A stretch of 19,402 nt of DNA, taken from a virus (lineage: Duplodnaviria > Heunggongvirae > Uroviricota > Caudoviricetes). The DNA is taken from the IMG/VR virus record IMGVR_UViG_2690316269_000013, positions 1-19,402 of that record. One strand, 5' to 3'. Under the pieces are notes generated by a model. It searched no databases and was not told where the DNA came from. It saw only the letters and a list, made by a program, of their open reading frames with translations. Below are positions 1 through 8,731 of the stretch, piece by piece. A program made the translations under genes and the position numbers. Every line of letters starts with the position of its first letter. Within the stretch, counting starts at the first letter, position 1.

Positions 1-1242
1 AAACGCACACCCATGCTGACGGAAGCGTTCGGGATTGAGGTTAACGCCTCAAACATGAACCGTCCGGAGGATGGTGCGCGGTTTGAACCGCTGATCGGTA
101 ACCCTGGTGATGGTTCATCACCCCACTGTGCGGTGGTGGATGAATATCACGAGCACGCCACCGATGCACTTTATACCACGATGCTTACCGGGATGGGGGC
201 GCGACGTCAGCCACTGATGTGGGCCATCACCACCGCCGGGTACAACATTGAGGGGCCGTGCTACGACAAGCGGCGGGAAGTTATTGAGATGCTCAACGGT
301 TCGGTACCCAACGATGAACTGTTCGGGATCATCTATACCGTTGATGAAGGTGACGACTGGACCGACCCGCAGGTGCTGGAAAAAGCCAATCCAAATATTG
401 GCGTGTCGGTTTATCGCGAATTTTTGTTAAGTCAGCAGCAGCGTGCGAAAAATAACGCCCGTCTGGCAAACGTCTTTAAAACAAAACACCTCAATATCTG
501 GGTGTCGGCGCGTTCGGCGTATTTCAACCTGGTGAGCTGGCAGAGCTGCGAGGATAAATCACTGACCCTTGAGCAGTTCGAGGGGCAGCCGTGCATTCTG
601 GCCTTTGACCTGGCGCGTAAGCTGGATATGAACAGCATGGCGCGACTTTATACCCGCGAGATTGACGGTAAAACGCATTACTACAGTGTGGCCCCGCGTT
701 TCTGGGTACCGTATGACACGGTGTACAGCGTCGAGAAAAATGAAGATCGCCGGACAGCCGAACGCTTTCAGAAATGGGTGGAAATGGGCGTTCTGACTGT
801 TACCGCTGGTGCGGAGGTGGATTATCGCTACATCCTCGAGGAGGCCAAAGCGGCGAACAAAATCAGCCCGGTCAGTGAGTCACCCATCGACCCCTTCGGG
901 GCGACCGGGCTGTCGCATGACCTTGCTGATGAAGACCTGAACCCCATCACCATCATTCAGAACTACACCAACATGTCCGATCCGATGAAAGAGCTGGAAG
1001 CGGCGATTGAATCGGGGCGCTTTCATCATGACGGCAATCCCATCATGACCTGGTGTATCGGCAACGTGGTCGGCAAAACCATTCCGGGTAACGATGATGT
1101 GGTGAAGCCTGTCAAGGAGCAGGCGGAAAACAAAATCGATGGTGCGGTTGCACTGATTATGGCGATCGGTCGGGCAATGCTCAAAGAACCCGACGATTTC
1201 CTCTCATCTCTTGATCCGGACGATGCTCTCTTAATTCTATGA
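1..1242 (+). CDS. Terminase large subunit, C-terminal (nuclease) portion; 5' end lies outside the window
   Basis: Open frame runs from base 1 (first in-window Met at 13) to the stop at 1240-1242. Position directly upstream of the portal gene and ~410 aa of acidic, nuclease-like sequence fit a large terminase. Assignment is from recognition and gene order, not a search. Confidence 0.8.
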   Translation, partial: KRTPMLTEAFGIEVNASNMNRPEDGARFEPLIGNPGDGSSPHCAVVDEYHEHATDALYTTMLTGMGARRQPLMWAITTAGYNIEGPCYDKRREVIEMLNGSVPNDELFGIIYTVDEGDDWTDPQVLEKANPNIGVSVYREFLLSQQQRAKNNARLANVFKTKHLNIWVSARSAYFNLVSWQSCEDKSLTLEQFEGQPCILAFDLARKLDMNSMARLYTREIDGKTHYYSVAPRFWVPYDTVYSVEKNEDRRTAERFQKWVEMGVLTVTAGAEVDYRYILEEAKAANKISPVSESPIDPFGATGLSHDLADEDLNPITIIQNYTNMSDPMKELEAAIESGRFHHDGNPIMTWCIGNVVGKTIPGNDDVVKPVKEQAENKIDGAVALIMAIGRAMLKEPDDFLSSLDPDDALLIL

Positions 1243-1400
1243 AATCACTAATTGCTGATGTTATCGGGCTGGCTGGTTTTGGCCTGCTTACGTGCGGGTT
1301 TTACCTGCAGTTTGGTATGGCTCCGGCTCTGATGCTGTCCGGCGGTTTACTGCTGGTGGGCGCACTGGCTATGGCCAGAAGGGGGACGCGTGCTGCTTGA
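1239..1400 (+). CDS. Small hydrophobic protein (53 aa, two predicted transmembrane segments), unknown function
   Basis: Not in the ORF track (below 60 aa). ATG at 1239 overlaps the terminase stop (ATGA). Translation [53 protein letters not shown] is almost entirely hydrophobic with a basic C-terminus. It fills the terminase-portal gap exactly. Confidence 0.45.
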   Translation: MKSLIADVIGLAGFGLLTCGFYLQFGMAPALMLSGGLLLVGALAMARRGTRAA

Positions 1401-2616
1401 TGCTCTGTTCAGAAGTAAATCACTGGAGAATCCTTCCACCCCGATAACCGGGGATGCCGTTGATACTGATGGGCTGTTCCGGGCAGACGTTTATGTCAGT
1501 CCTGAAACTGCGATGAAACTGGCTGCGGTGTATTCCTGTATCTATGTCCTGTCTTCCAGCCTTGCCCAGATGCCGTTGCATGTTATGCGCAGGCACAATG
1601 GGAAGGTTGAGCCCGCACGCGATCATCCGGCGTTTTATCTGGTTCATGATGAGCCCAATACTTGGCAAACCAGTTACAAATGGCGCGAACTGAAGCAACG
1701 TCACATCCTTGGCTGGGGGAATGGGTATACCTGGGTGAAACGTAATCGTCGCGGTGAAGTCATATCCCTGGATTGCTGTATGCCGTGGGAAACGACGCTG
1801 ATGAATACTGGTGGCCGATACACCTACGGTTTGTACAACGAATATGGGGCGTTTGCGATCAGCCCCGACGATATGATCCACATCCGTGCGCTGGGTAATA
1901 ATCAGAAGATGGGGCTGAGTCCGATTATGCAACATGCCGAAACAATAGGCATGGGGATGAGCGGTCAGAAATACACAGAAAGCTTCTTCAGCGGTAATGC
2001 CCGTCCGGCGGGGATAGTATCCGTTAAAAGCGGACTCAATAAGGACAGCTGGGGCTGGCTTAAAGATCAGTGGCAGAAGGCATCGCAGGCGTTACGCAGC
2101 CAGGAAAACAAAACCATGCTGCTGCCAGCCGATCTGGATTACAAGGCACTGACTGTGTCGCCAGTTGACGCTCAGATCATTGACATGATGAAACTGAACC
2201 GTTCAATGATTGCCGGTATTTTCAATATTCCTGCGCACATGATTAATGACCTCGAAAAAGCCACCTTCTCCAATATTTCTGCGCAGGCGATTCAGTTTGT
2301 CCGCTACACGATGATGCCGTGGGTGACGAACTGGGAGCAGGAGCTTAACCGTCGCTTGTTTACCCGCGCTGAGTTAGCCGCCGGGTATTACGTCAGGTTC
2401 AATCTGACGGGGCTTTTACGCGGAACTCCGCAGGAGCGCGCGCAATTCTATCACTTCGCTATTACCGATGGATGGATGAGCCGTAATGAGGCCCGCGCAT
2501 TCGAGGATATGAATCCGGTTGAAGGGCTGGATGAGATGCTGGTAAGCGTGAATGCTGCTAACCCGGCAGGAGATTTTAAGCCCCCAAAAAATGATGAGGG
2601 AAAAACCAATGAATGA
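1390..2616 (+). CDS. Portal protein (HK97-family type)
   Basis: 408-aa ORF immediately after the terminase and before the prohead protease, the canonical portal position. The track start at 1390 is a GTG overlapping the small upstream ORF, so the true start is uncertain and may be an internal Met. Confidence 0.8.
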   Translation: MLLDALFRSKSLENPSTPITGDAVDTDGLFRADVYVSPETAMKLAAVYSCIYVLSSSLAQMPLHVMRRHNGKVEPARDHPAFYLVHDEPNTWQTSYKWRELKQRHILGWGNGYTWVKRNRRGEVISLDCCMPWETTLMNTGGRYTYGLYNEYGAFAISPDDMIHIRALGNNQKMGLSPIMQHAETIGMGMSGQKYTESFFSGNARPAGIVSVKSGLNKDSWGWLKDQWQKASQALRSQENKTMLLPADLDYKALTVSPVDAQIIDMMKLNRSMIAGIFNIPAHMINDLEKATFSNISAQAIQFVRYTMMPWVTNWEQELNRRLFTRAELAAGYYVRFNLTGLLRGTPQERAQFYHFAITDGWMSRNEARAFEDMNPVEGLDEMLVSVNAANPAGDFKPPKNDEGKTNE

Positions 2617-3211
2617 CCGTGAAATCCGTTGTTACAGCGGTGAGGTGCGTGCTGAGCGGCATGACGATAACCCTGCGCACATTATCGGTTATGGATCGGT
2701 GTTTGACTGTCGTTCTGAGCTGATATTTGGTTCATTCCGCGAAATCATCCGGCCCGGCGCTTTTGACGATGTGCTTGGTGATGATGTACGCGCACTGTTT
2801 AACCACGATCCTAATTTTATTCTTGGGCGTAGTGCAGCAGGCACGCTGAATCTTTCAGTTGATGAGCGCGGATTGCGCTATGACATCCAGGCTCCGGAGA
2901 CACAGACCATTCGTGATCTGGTGCTGGCCCCGATGCAACGTGGAGATATTAACCAGTCATCTTTTGCTTTCCGTGTCGCCCGTGACGGCGAGGAGTGGTA
3001 TCAGGATGAGGACGGGGTTGTTATTCGCGAGATAACCCGCTTTTCCCGTCTGCTGGATGTCAGTCCTGTGACATATCCTGCCTATCAGGAGGCTGACTCG
3101 GCTGTTCGCTCCATGAAAGCATGGCAGGAGGCGCGCAACAGCGGCGCGCTACAGAAAGCCATTAATCAACGTATGGCGCGTGAACGCGTCCTGACCCTTC
3201 TTAACGCGTAA
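2609..3211 (+). CDS. Prohead maturation protease (HK97 family, peptidase U35/S78-like)
   Basis: ORF 2552-3211. I favour the ATG at 2609, which has a GAGGG Shine-Dalgarno about 9 nt upstream and overlaps the portal stop (ATGAATGA). Translation contains the HDPNFILGRS-type region typical of HK97 prohead proteases. Lies between portal and major capsid. Confidence 0.8.
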   Translation: MNDREIRCYSGEVRAERHDDNPAHIIGYGSVFDCRSELIFGSFREIIRPGAFDDVLGDDVRALFNHDPNFILGRSAAGTLNLSVDERGLRYDIQAPETQTIRDLVLAPMQRGDINQSSFAFRVARDGEEWYQDEDGVVIREITRFSRLLDVSPVTYPAYQEADSAVRSMKAWQEARNSGALQKAINQRMARERVLTLLNA

Positions 3212-3221
3212 AGGAAACATC

Positions 3222-4451
3222 ATGAAACTGCATGAACTGAAACAGAAACGTAATACTATCGCAACTGACATGCGCGCCCTGAATGAAAAAATTGGTGATA
3301 ACGCATGGACGGAAGAGCAGCGCACTGAGTGGAACAAAGCAAAATCCGAACTGGAAGCTCTTGATGAACGAATTGCACGCGAAGAAGAACTACGTCGTCA
3401 GGATCAGGCGTACATTGAAAGCAATGAGGAAGAGCAGCGTCAGAATCTTGATCCGGAAAACAATCCACAACAGGATGAGAAACGAGCTCAGGTTTTTGAT
3501 AAGTGGATGCGTCACGGTGCCAGTGAGCTGACATCAGAAGAACGAAAGGCGTTGCGTGAACTTCGTGCCCAGGGCGTAGCTCAGGATGAAAAGGGCGGAT
3601 ATACCGTACCAGAAACATTCCTGGCGAAAGTTGTTGAGAAGATGAAATCCTACGGTGGCATCGCCAGTGTGGCGCAGATTCTTACCACTTCTGACGGTCG
3701 CACTATGGAGTGGGCAACAGCTGATGGTACTTCCGAAGTTGGTATTCTGCTGGGCGAAAATGAAGAAGCCGGTGAAGAAGACACCGATTTCGGTATGGGA
3801 AGCCTTGGGGCGCTCAAAATGACATCGAAAATAATTCGTGTGTCTAATGAGTTGCTGCAGGACAGTGCGATCGATATGGAAGCTTATCTTGCCCGTCGCA
3901 TTGCTGAACGTATTGGTCGTGGTGAAGCCCGTTATCTGATTCAGGGGACGGGGGCTGGTACGCCTAAACAACCCAAAGGGCTGGCAGCATCAGTGACCGG
4001 CACAACACAGACTGCCGCGGCAAATGCGGTGAAGTGGCAGGAAATTCTGGCTCTGAAACACAGCATTGATCCTGCATATCGTCGCGGACCGAAATTCCGC
4101 CTGGCGTTTAACGATAATACGCTGAAACTGATCAGTGAGATGGAAGACGGTCAGGGACGCCCTTTATGGTTGCCGGATATTGTTGGTGTGGCACCTGCTT
4201 CAGTGTTGAATGTACCGTATGTCATTGATCAGGAAATTGATGATATCGGGGCGGGTAAAAAATTCATGTTCTGTGGTGACTTTGATCGCTTCATTATCCG
4301 TCGTGTGCGATACATGATTCTTAAACGTCTGGTTGAGCGTTACGCAGAATATGATCAGACCGGTTTTCTGGCCTTCCATCGTTTTGACTGTATCCTGGAA
4401 GACACCTCTGCCATTAAAGCGCTGGTGGGGAAAGGTAGCGTTGGTGGTTGA
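3222..4451 (+). CDS. Major capsid protein (HK97 fold) with N-terminal coiled-coil delta/scaffold domain
   Basis: 409-aa ORF with AAGGAAA ribosome-binding site. The N-terminal ~100 aa are rich in E/R/K/Q, as in a scaffolding delta domain. Follows the protease, and is followed by a hairpin plus T-run. Confidence 0.85.
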   Translation: MKLHELKQKRNTIATDMRALNEKIGDNAWTEEQRTEWNKAKSELEALDERIAREEELRRQDQAYIESNEEEQRQNLDPENNPQQDEKRAQVFDKWMRHGASELTSEERKALRELRAQGVAQDEKGGYTVPETFLAKVVEKMKSYGGIASVAQILTTSDGRTMEWATADGTSEVGILLGENEEAGEEDTDFGMGSLGALKMTSKIIRVSNELLQDSAIDMEAYLARRIAERIGRGEARYLIQGTGAGTPKQPKGLAASVTGTTQTAAANAVKWQEILALKHSIDPAYRRGPKFRLAFNDNTLKLISEMEDGQGRPLWLPDIVGVAPASVLNVPYVIDQEIDDIGAGKKFMFCGDFDRFIIRRVRYMILKRLVERYAEYDQTGFLAFHRFDCILEDTSAIKALVGKGSVGG

Positions 4452-4477
4452 TTAGTCTTTTTACGTAATACAGCACG

Positions 4478-4519
4478 CCGCGTAATGCGGTTTTTTTGTG
4501 CCCGCGTTCTGGCGGGCAC
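4478..4519 (+). terminator. Possible partial terminator/attenuator after the major capsid gene: weak stem plus T7 run, then a perfect 8-bp hairpin
   Basis: CCGC(4478-4481)/GCGG(4487-4490) stem followed by TTTTTTT (4491-4497). Then GTGCCCGC (4498-4505), loop GTTCTG, GCGGGCAC (4512-4519), directly abutting the GGAGG site of the next gene. Seen by eye; folding energy not computed. Confidence 0.35.
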
Positions 4520-4529
4520 AGGAGGTTTT

Positions 4530-4853
4530 ATGCTGTTAAAAATGGAAGAGATTAAGCTTCAGCTTCGTCTGGATGATGATTTCTCTGATGAAGATGAGTT
4601 GCTTGAACTACTTGGGAAGGCCGCTCAGAGTCGGACGGAAAACTTCCTTAACCGTACGTTGTATGCAACCGCAGATGACAGGCCTGCGGATGATCCTGAT
4701 GGGCTTGTGATATCTGATGATGTGAAGCTGGCGCTCCTGCTACTTGTCAGCCATTTCTACGAAAACCGCTCAACGGTTACAGACGTTGAGAAAATGGAGT
4801 TGCCAATGAGCTTTAACTGGTTGGTTGCTCCTTATCGCCTTATACCACTATGA
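4530..4853 (+). CDS. Head-tail connector / DNA-packaging protein (gp6-like)
   Basis: Frame opens at 4485, but GGAGG at 4521-4525 points to the ATG at 4530 (MLLKMEEIK...). Small acidic protein immediately after the major capsid gene. Family assignment is by position and size. Confidence 0.55.
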   Translation: MLLKMEEIKLQLRLDDDFSDEDELLELLGKAAQSRTENFLNRTLYATADDRPADDPDGLVISDDVKLALLLLVSHFYENRSTVTDVEKMELPMSFNWLVAPYRLIPL

Positions 4854-5260
4854 AAATTCGTCAGGCGCAGACCAGCGCAACCTACATTCTGCCGGACCCC
4901 GGCGAACTGAATAAACGCGTCCTGATCCGCCAGCGGGTGGATATGCCCGCGGATAACTTTGGCGTGGAGCCTCAATACCCGGTTGCGTTCCGGACATGGG
5001 CGAAGGTTGTCCAGACCAGTGCCACCACCTGGCAGGAAACCGCGCAGACCGGGGACGCCATCACCCATTACATCACCATTCGTTACCGCCGGGGGATCAC
5101 CGCTGATTATGAGGTGGTCTGCGGTGACAGTGTGTACCGGGTGAAACGTCAGCGCGATCTGAACGGGGCGCGGCGCTTTCTGCTGCTGGAGTGTACGGAG
5201 CTGGGCGAGTTTACGCAGAGTCACGGAGGCAGCAATGGCGACTCCCTTTTTTCACGTTGA
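4850..5260 (+). CDS. Head closure / head-tail adaptor protein
   Basis: ATGA overlap with the preceding gene. ~136 aa, in the standard head-completion position. Assignment is positional. Confidence 0.5.
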   Translation: MKIRQAQTSATYILPDPGELNKRVLIRQRVDMPADNFGVEPQYPVAFRTWAKVVQTSATTWQETAQTGDAITHYITIRYRRGITADYEVVCGDSVYRVKRQRDLNGARRFLLLECTELGEFTQSHGGSNGDSLFSR

Positions 5261-5741
5261 TGTTCAGCAGCCCGCGGAAATGCGCTTTAACCGCGCCCGT
5301 GTCCGGCGGGCGTTTATCACGATTGGGCAGCGTCATATGCGTGATGCCCGTCGGCTGGTGATGCGCCGTGCGCGGTCGGCACCGGGTGAAAACCCCGGTT
5401 ATCAGACCGGACGCTTGGCTCGTTCGATTGGTTACATGGTGCCGAGAGCCAGTAAAAAGCGAGCCGGTTTTATGACACGCATTGCCCCTAACCAGCACAA
5501 CGGGAAGGGGAACCGGATGATCTCTGGTGACTTCTATCCGGCGTTTCTGTTTTTTGGTGTCCGGGGAGGAGCAAAACGTCGTCGTAGTCATCATCGTGGT
5601 GCATCCGGTGGCAGCGGCTGGCGACTGGCTCCACGTAATAATTTCATGGTGGAAACTCTTGAAAAGAACCGCAGCTGGACACGCTATTTTCTGGCGCGGG
5701 AATTGCGTAAATCACTGAAGCCGGAGCGACGACACAGATGA
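5235..5741 (+). CDS. Virion morphogenesis / tail-completion protein (HK97 gp10-like)
   Basis: GGAGG precedes the ATG at 5235. Basic 168-aa protein within the head-tail joining block. Weak, recognition-based call. Confidence 0.45.
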   Translation: MATPFFHVDVQQPAEMRFNRARVRRAFITIGQRHMRDARRLVMRRARSAPGENPGYQTGRLARSIGYMVPRASKKRAGFMTRIAPNQHNGKGNRMISGDFYPAFLFFGVRGGAKRRRSHHRGASGGSGWRLAPRNNFMVETLEKNRSWTRYFLARELRKSLKPERRHR

Positions 5742-6298
5742 AACTGACTCCTGTTATTGCTGCGCTGCGTGCCCGCTGTCCGTATTTTGAAAACCGGGTG
5801 GCAGGCGCGGCCCAGTTCAAAAATCTGCCGGAGGTCGGAAAGCTGAAGCTCCCGGCGGCATATGTGGTACCGGGTGATGACTCTCCGGGAGAAAACAAAA
5901 GCCAGACCGACTACTGGCAGGAGCTGAAAGAGGGCTTCTCCGTGGTTGTCATACTGAGTAACGGGCGTGATGAGCGCGGTCAGTTTGCCTCGTATGATGT
6001 GGTGGACGATGTCCGGCAGATGCTCTTTAAGGCTCTGCTGGGCTGGAACCCGGAAGCGTGTGGTAACCCGATTACCTATGACGGCGGCACGCTGCTGGAT
6101 CTGAATCGTCATGAGCTGATTTATCAGTTCGATTTTTCGGTCATCAGCGAGCTGACCGAAGACGATACCCGCCAGCAGGATGACCTGAACAGTCTGGATG
6201 AACTGCGAACGCTGGCGATTGATGTTGATTATCTCGATCCCGGTAACGGGCCTGACGGCGATATCGAACATCACACCGAAATACCCCTTCCTTCCTGA
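5738..6298 (+). CDS. Neck / tail terminator-like protein (Mu gp37-like, DUF1834-type)
   Basis: ATGA overlap with the upstream gene. 186 aa, located just before the DUF2635-like ORF and the sheath, as in Mu-like tail clusters. Confidence 0.5.
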   Translation: MKLTPVIAALRARCPYFENRVAGAAQFKNLPEVGKLKLPAAYVVPGDDSPGENKSQTDYWQELKEGFSVVVILSNGRDERGQFASYDVVDDVRQMLFKALLGWNPEACGNPITYDGGTLLDLNRHELIYQFDFSVISELTEDDTRQQDDLNSLDELRTLAIDVDYLDPGNGPDGDIEHHTEIPLPS

Positions 6299-6306
6299 GG
6301 ATCATC

Positions 6307-6477
6307 ATGTTTGTGAAACCTGTTAAAGGGCGGTCAGTGCCTGACCCTGCCCACGGCGACCTTTTGCCCGCCGAAGGGCGAAATGTTGATGAGAACAACT
6401 ACTGGCTGCGCCGTGAAGCAGCGGGTGATATCCGGCGCGTGAATAAAAAGGTGAACACCGATGACGATAAGCTTTAA
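6307..6477 (+). CDS. Small DUF2635-like protein that precedes the sheath in Mu-type tail clusters
   Basis: Not in the ORF track (56 aa). ATG at 6307, TAA at 6475-6477. Translation MFVKPVKGRSVPDPAHGDLLPAEGRNVDENNYWLRREAAGDIRRVNKKVNTDDDKL. Its 3' end overlaps the sheath start. Confidence 0.6.
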   Translation: MFVKPVKGRSVPDPAHGDLLPAEGRNVDENNYWLRREAAGDIRRVNKKVNTDDDKL

Positions 6478-7957
6478 CACCATTCCGTCGAATACGCTGG
6501 TTCCGCTGTTTTATGCGGAAATGGATAACCAGGCTGCGAATACTGCACAGGACAGCGGAGCATCGCTGCTGATTGGTCATGCCAATAACGGTGCAGAGAT
6601 TGTTGCCAACAGTCTGGTGCTGATGCCGTCGGCAGACTATGCACGCCAGATTTGTGGTGCGGGAAGTCAGCTGGCGCGTATGGTCGAGGCTTATCGCCAG
6701 ACCGACCCGTTTGGTGAGCTGTATGTGATTGCCGTTCCGGAAGCCACAGGCGCGGCGGCAACGGTTACGCTGACGGTGACCGGGGAAGCAACCGAAAGCG
6801 GCACGGTGAATGTCTATGTGGGACGTACCCGCGTGCAGGCTCCGGTGACCAACGGCGATAACGTCACGACGATTGCCAGCAGTATCCAGGATGCCATCAA
6901 TGCCGTTCCGACCCTGCCGTTTACTGCCTCATCTTCGGCAGGCGTGGTCACACTGACCGCGCGTCATAAGGGGCTTTGCGGGAATGAAATTCCTGTCAGC
7001 CTCAATTACTACGGCTTTGGTGGGGGCGAAGTGCTGCCAGCGGGCGTACAGATTGCCGTGGCGACGGGTACCGCCGGAACGGGTGCTCCGGTTCTCACCG
7101 GCGCGGTGGCTGCAATGGCGGATGAGCCGTTTGATTATATCGGCCTGCCGTTCAACGACACGGCCTCCGTTAACACGCTGGTGACCGAGATGAACGATAC
7201 CAGCGGTCGCTGGAGCTATGCGCGTCAGCTGTATGGTCATGTGTATACGGCAAAGATCGGCACGCTGTCAGAACTGGTGACCGCAGGTGACCAGTTTAAC
7301 CAGCAGCACATTACCCTGGCGGGATACGAAAAAGAGACCCAGACGCCTGCCGACGAGCTGGCGGCAAGCCGTACCGCCCGCGCAGCGGTGTTTATTCGCA
7401 ACGATCCGGCACGTCCCACGCAGACCGGTGAGCTGGTGGGTATGCTGCCTGCGCCGAAGGGGAAACGGTTCACGATGACCGAACAACAGACCCTGCTGTC
7501 TCATGGCGTGGCAACGGCGTATGTCGAAAGCGGGGTGCTGCGCATTCAGCGTGATGTCACCACGTACAGGAAAAACGCTTACGGTGTTGCGGATAACAGC
7601 TACCTCGACAGCGAGACGCTGCATACCAGCGCGTATGTGCTGCGCAAACTGAAATCCGTCATTACCAGTAAGTACGGGCGTCACAAGCTTGCCAGCGACG
7701 GTACCCGCTTTGGTCCCGGTCAGGCGATTGTCACACCGGCGGTGATCAAAGGGGAACTGCTGGCAACCTACCGTCAGCTTGAGCGTGCGGGGATCGTGGA
7801 AAACTACGAACTGTTTAAGCAGTACCTGGTTGTGGAGCGTGATGCCAGCGATCCGAACCGCCTGAACACGCTGTTCCCGCCTGACTATGTTAACCAGTTG
7901 CGTGTCTTTGCCGTGGTTAACCAGTTCCGTCTTCAGTATTCAGAGGAGTCTGCATAA
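6461..7957 (+). CDS. Contractile tail sheath protein (Mu gpL-like)
   Basis: 498-aa ORF with AAGGTG ribosome-binding site, followed by a small tube gene with TAATG overlap. Size and position are typical of a sheath. Confidence 0.85.
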   Translation: MTISFNTIPSNTLVPLFYAEMDNQAANTAQDSGASLLIGHANNGAEIVANSLVLMPSADYARQICGAGSQLARMVEAYRQTDPFGELYVIAVPEATGAAATVTLTVTGEATESGTVNVYVGRTRVQAPVTNGDNVTTIASSIQDAINAVPTLPFTASSSAGVVTLTARHKGLCGNEIPVSLNYYGFGGGEVLPAGVQIAVATGTAGTGAPVLTGAVAAMADEPFDYIGLPFNDTASVNTLVTEMNDTSGRWSYARQLYGHVYTAKIGTLSELVTAGDQFNQQHITLAGYEKETQTPADELAASRTARAAVFIRNDPARPTQTGELVGMLPAPKGKRFTMTEQQTLLSHGVATAYVESGVLRIQRDVTTYRKNAYGVADNSYLDSETLHTSAYVLRKLKSVITSKYGRHKLASDGTRFGPGQAIVTPAVIKGELLATYRQLERAGIVENYELFKQYLVVERDASDPNRLNTLFPPDYVNQLRVFAVVNQFRLQYSEESA

Positions 7958-8313
7958 TGGCCCGTATCGGGGGAACCTGTTATTTCAAAATTGACGGTCA
8001 ACAGCTATCGCTGACCGGCGGCATTGAGGTGCCCATGAACAGGACGGTCAATGATGACATCATCGGCCTGGACGGTTCAGTGGACCGCAAGGAAACTCAC
8101 CGTGCGCCTTATGTTAAAGGGACCTTCAAGGTGCCGAAGAATTTTCCGGTGAGCAAAATCACCTCGTCTGATGAGATGACCATCACTGCCGAGCTGGCGA
8201 ACGGTCAGGTCTATGTACTGTCGTCTGCCTGGCTGCACGGCGAAGCGAACCATAATGCCGAAGAAGGGACGGTTGATCTTGAGTTCCACGGTGAAGAAGG
8301 GGATTACCAGTAA
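7957..8313 (+). CDS. Tail tube protein (Mu gpM-like)
   Basis: 118 aa, TAATG-coupled to the sheath gene and followed by the chaperone and tape-measure genes. Confidence 0.7.
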   Translation: MARIGGTCYFKIDGQQLSLTGGIEVPMNRTVNDDIIGLDGSVDRKETHRAPYVKGTFKVPKNFPVSKITSSDEMTITAELANGQVYVLSSAWLHGEANHNAEEGTVDLEFHGEEGDYQ

Positions 8314-8582
8314 TGAAAGAGCTTGAGTTAAAGAAACCGATTACCGCTCATGGCGAGACACTCTCCGTACTGGAGTTTGATGAGCCCACCGGGAAAGATG
8401 TCCGCGAGCTGGGGTATCCCTACCAGATGAATCAGGATGAGTCCGTCAGACTTCTGGCGCATGTGGTATCGAAATACATTGTGCGGCTGGCGAAAGTGCC
8501 GCAAAACTCTGTCGACCAGATGTCTCCGGCAGACCTGAATGCTGCGGCGTGGCTTGTGGCTGGTTTTTTCCTCCAGGCCTGA
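8313..8582 (+). CDS. Tail assembly chaperone, short form (G-like)
   Basis: 89-aa acidic protein directly upstream of the tape-measure gene. It ends just after a TTTTTTC slippery heptamer. Confidence 0.6.
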   Translation: MKELELKKPITAHGETLSVLEFDEPTGKDVRELGYPYQMNQDESVRLLAHVVSKYIVRLAKVPQNSVDQMSPADLNAAAWLVAGFFLQA

Positions 8583-8731
8583 CGGCTGAATACCTCACTG
8601 ATCGCTTCTTTGACTGCGCCAGCTACTGGCGCATTAATCCCTTCGAATTGCTGAATATGCCGATCAGTGAAATTCCCTTGCTGGTCAGTCAGGCAAACAG
8701 GATAGAGCAGGAGAAACGCACACATGGCTGA
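8313..8731 (+). CDS. Tail assembly chaperone, long form (GT-like), made by programmed -1 frameshift at 8564-8570
   Basis: Zero-frame codons GGT TTT TTC (8562-8570) contain the heptamer T-TTT-TTC. The -1 frame (track ORF 8549-8731) stays open to a TGA at 8729-8731, overlapping the tape-measure start. This is the conserved chaperone arrangement upstream of tape-measure genes. Confidence 0.55.

Noticed and set aside
248-638. Short ORFs (60 aa on +, 68 aa on -) inside the terminase gene
   Set aside because: Embedded in the terminase reading frame region with no start signals; spurious.
5684-6274. 196-aa minus-strand ORF antisense to the gp37-like gene
   Set aside because: It lies entirely inside a well-supported + strand gene in a GC-rich region where long antisense frames arise by chance. 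It has no ribosome-binding site or operon context and an Arg-rich, low-complexity translation.
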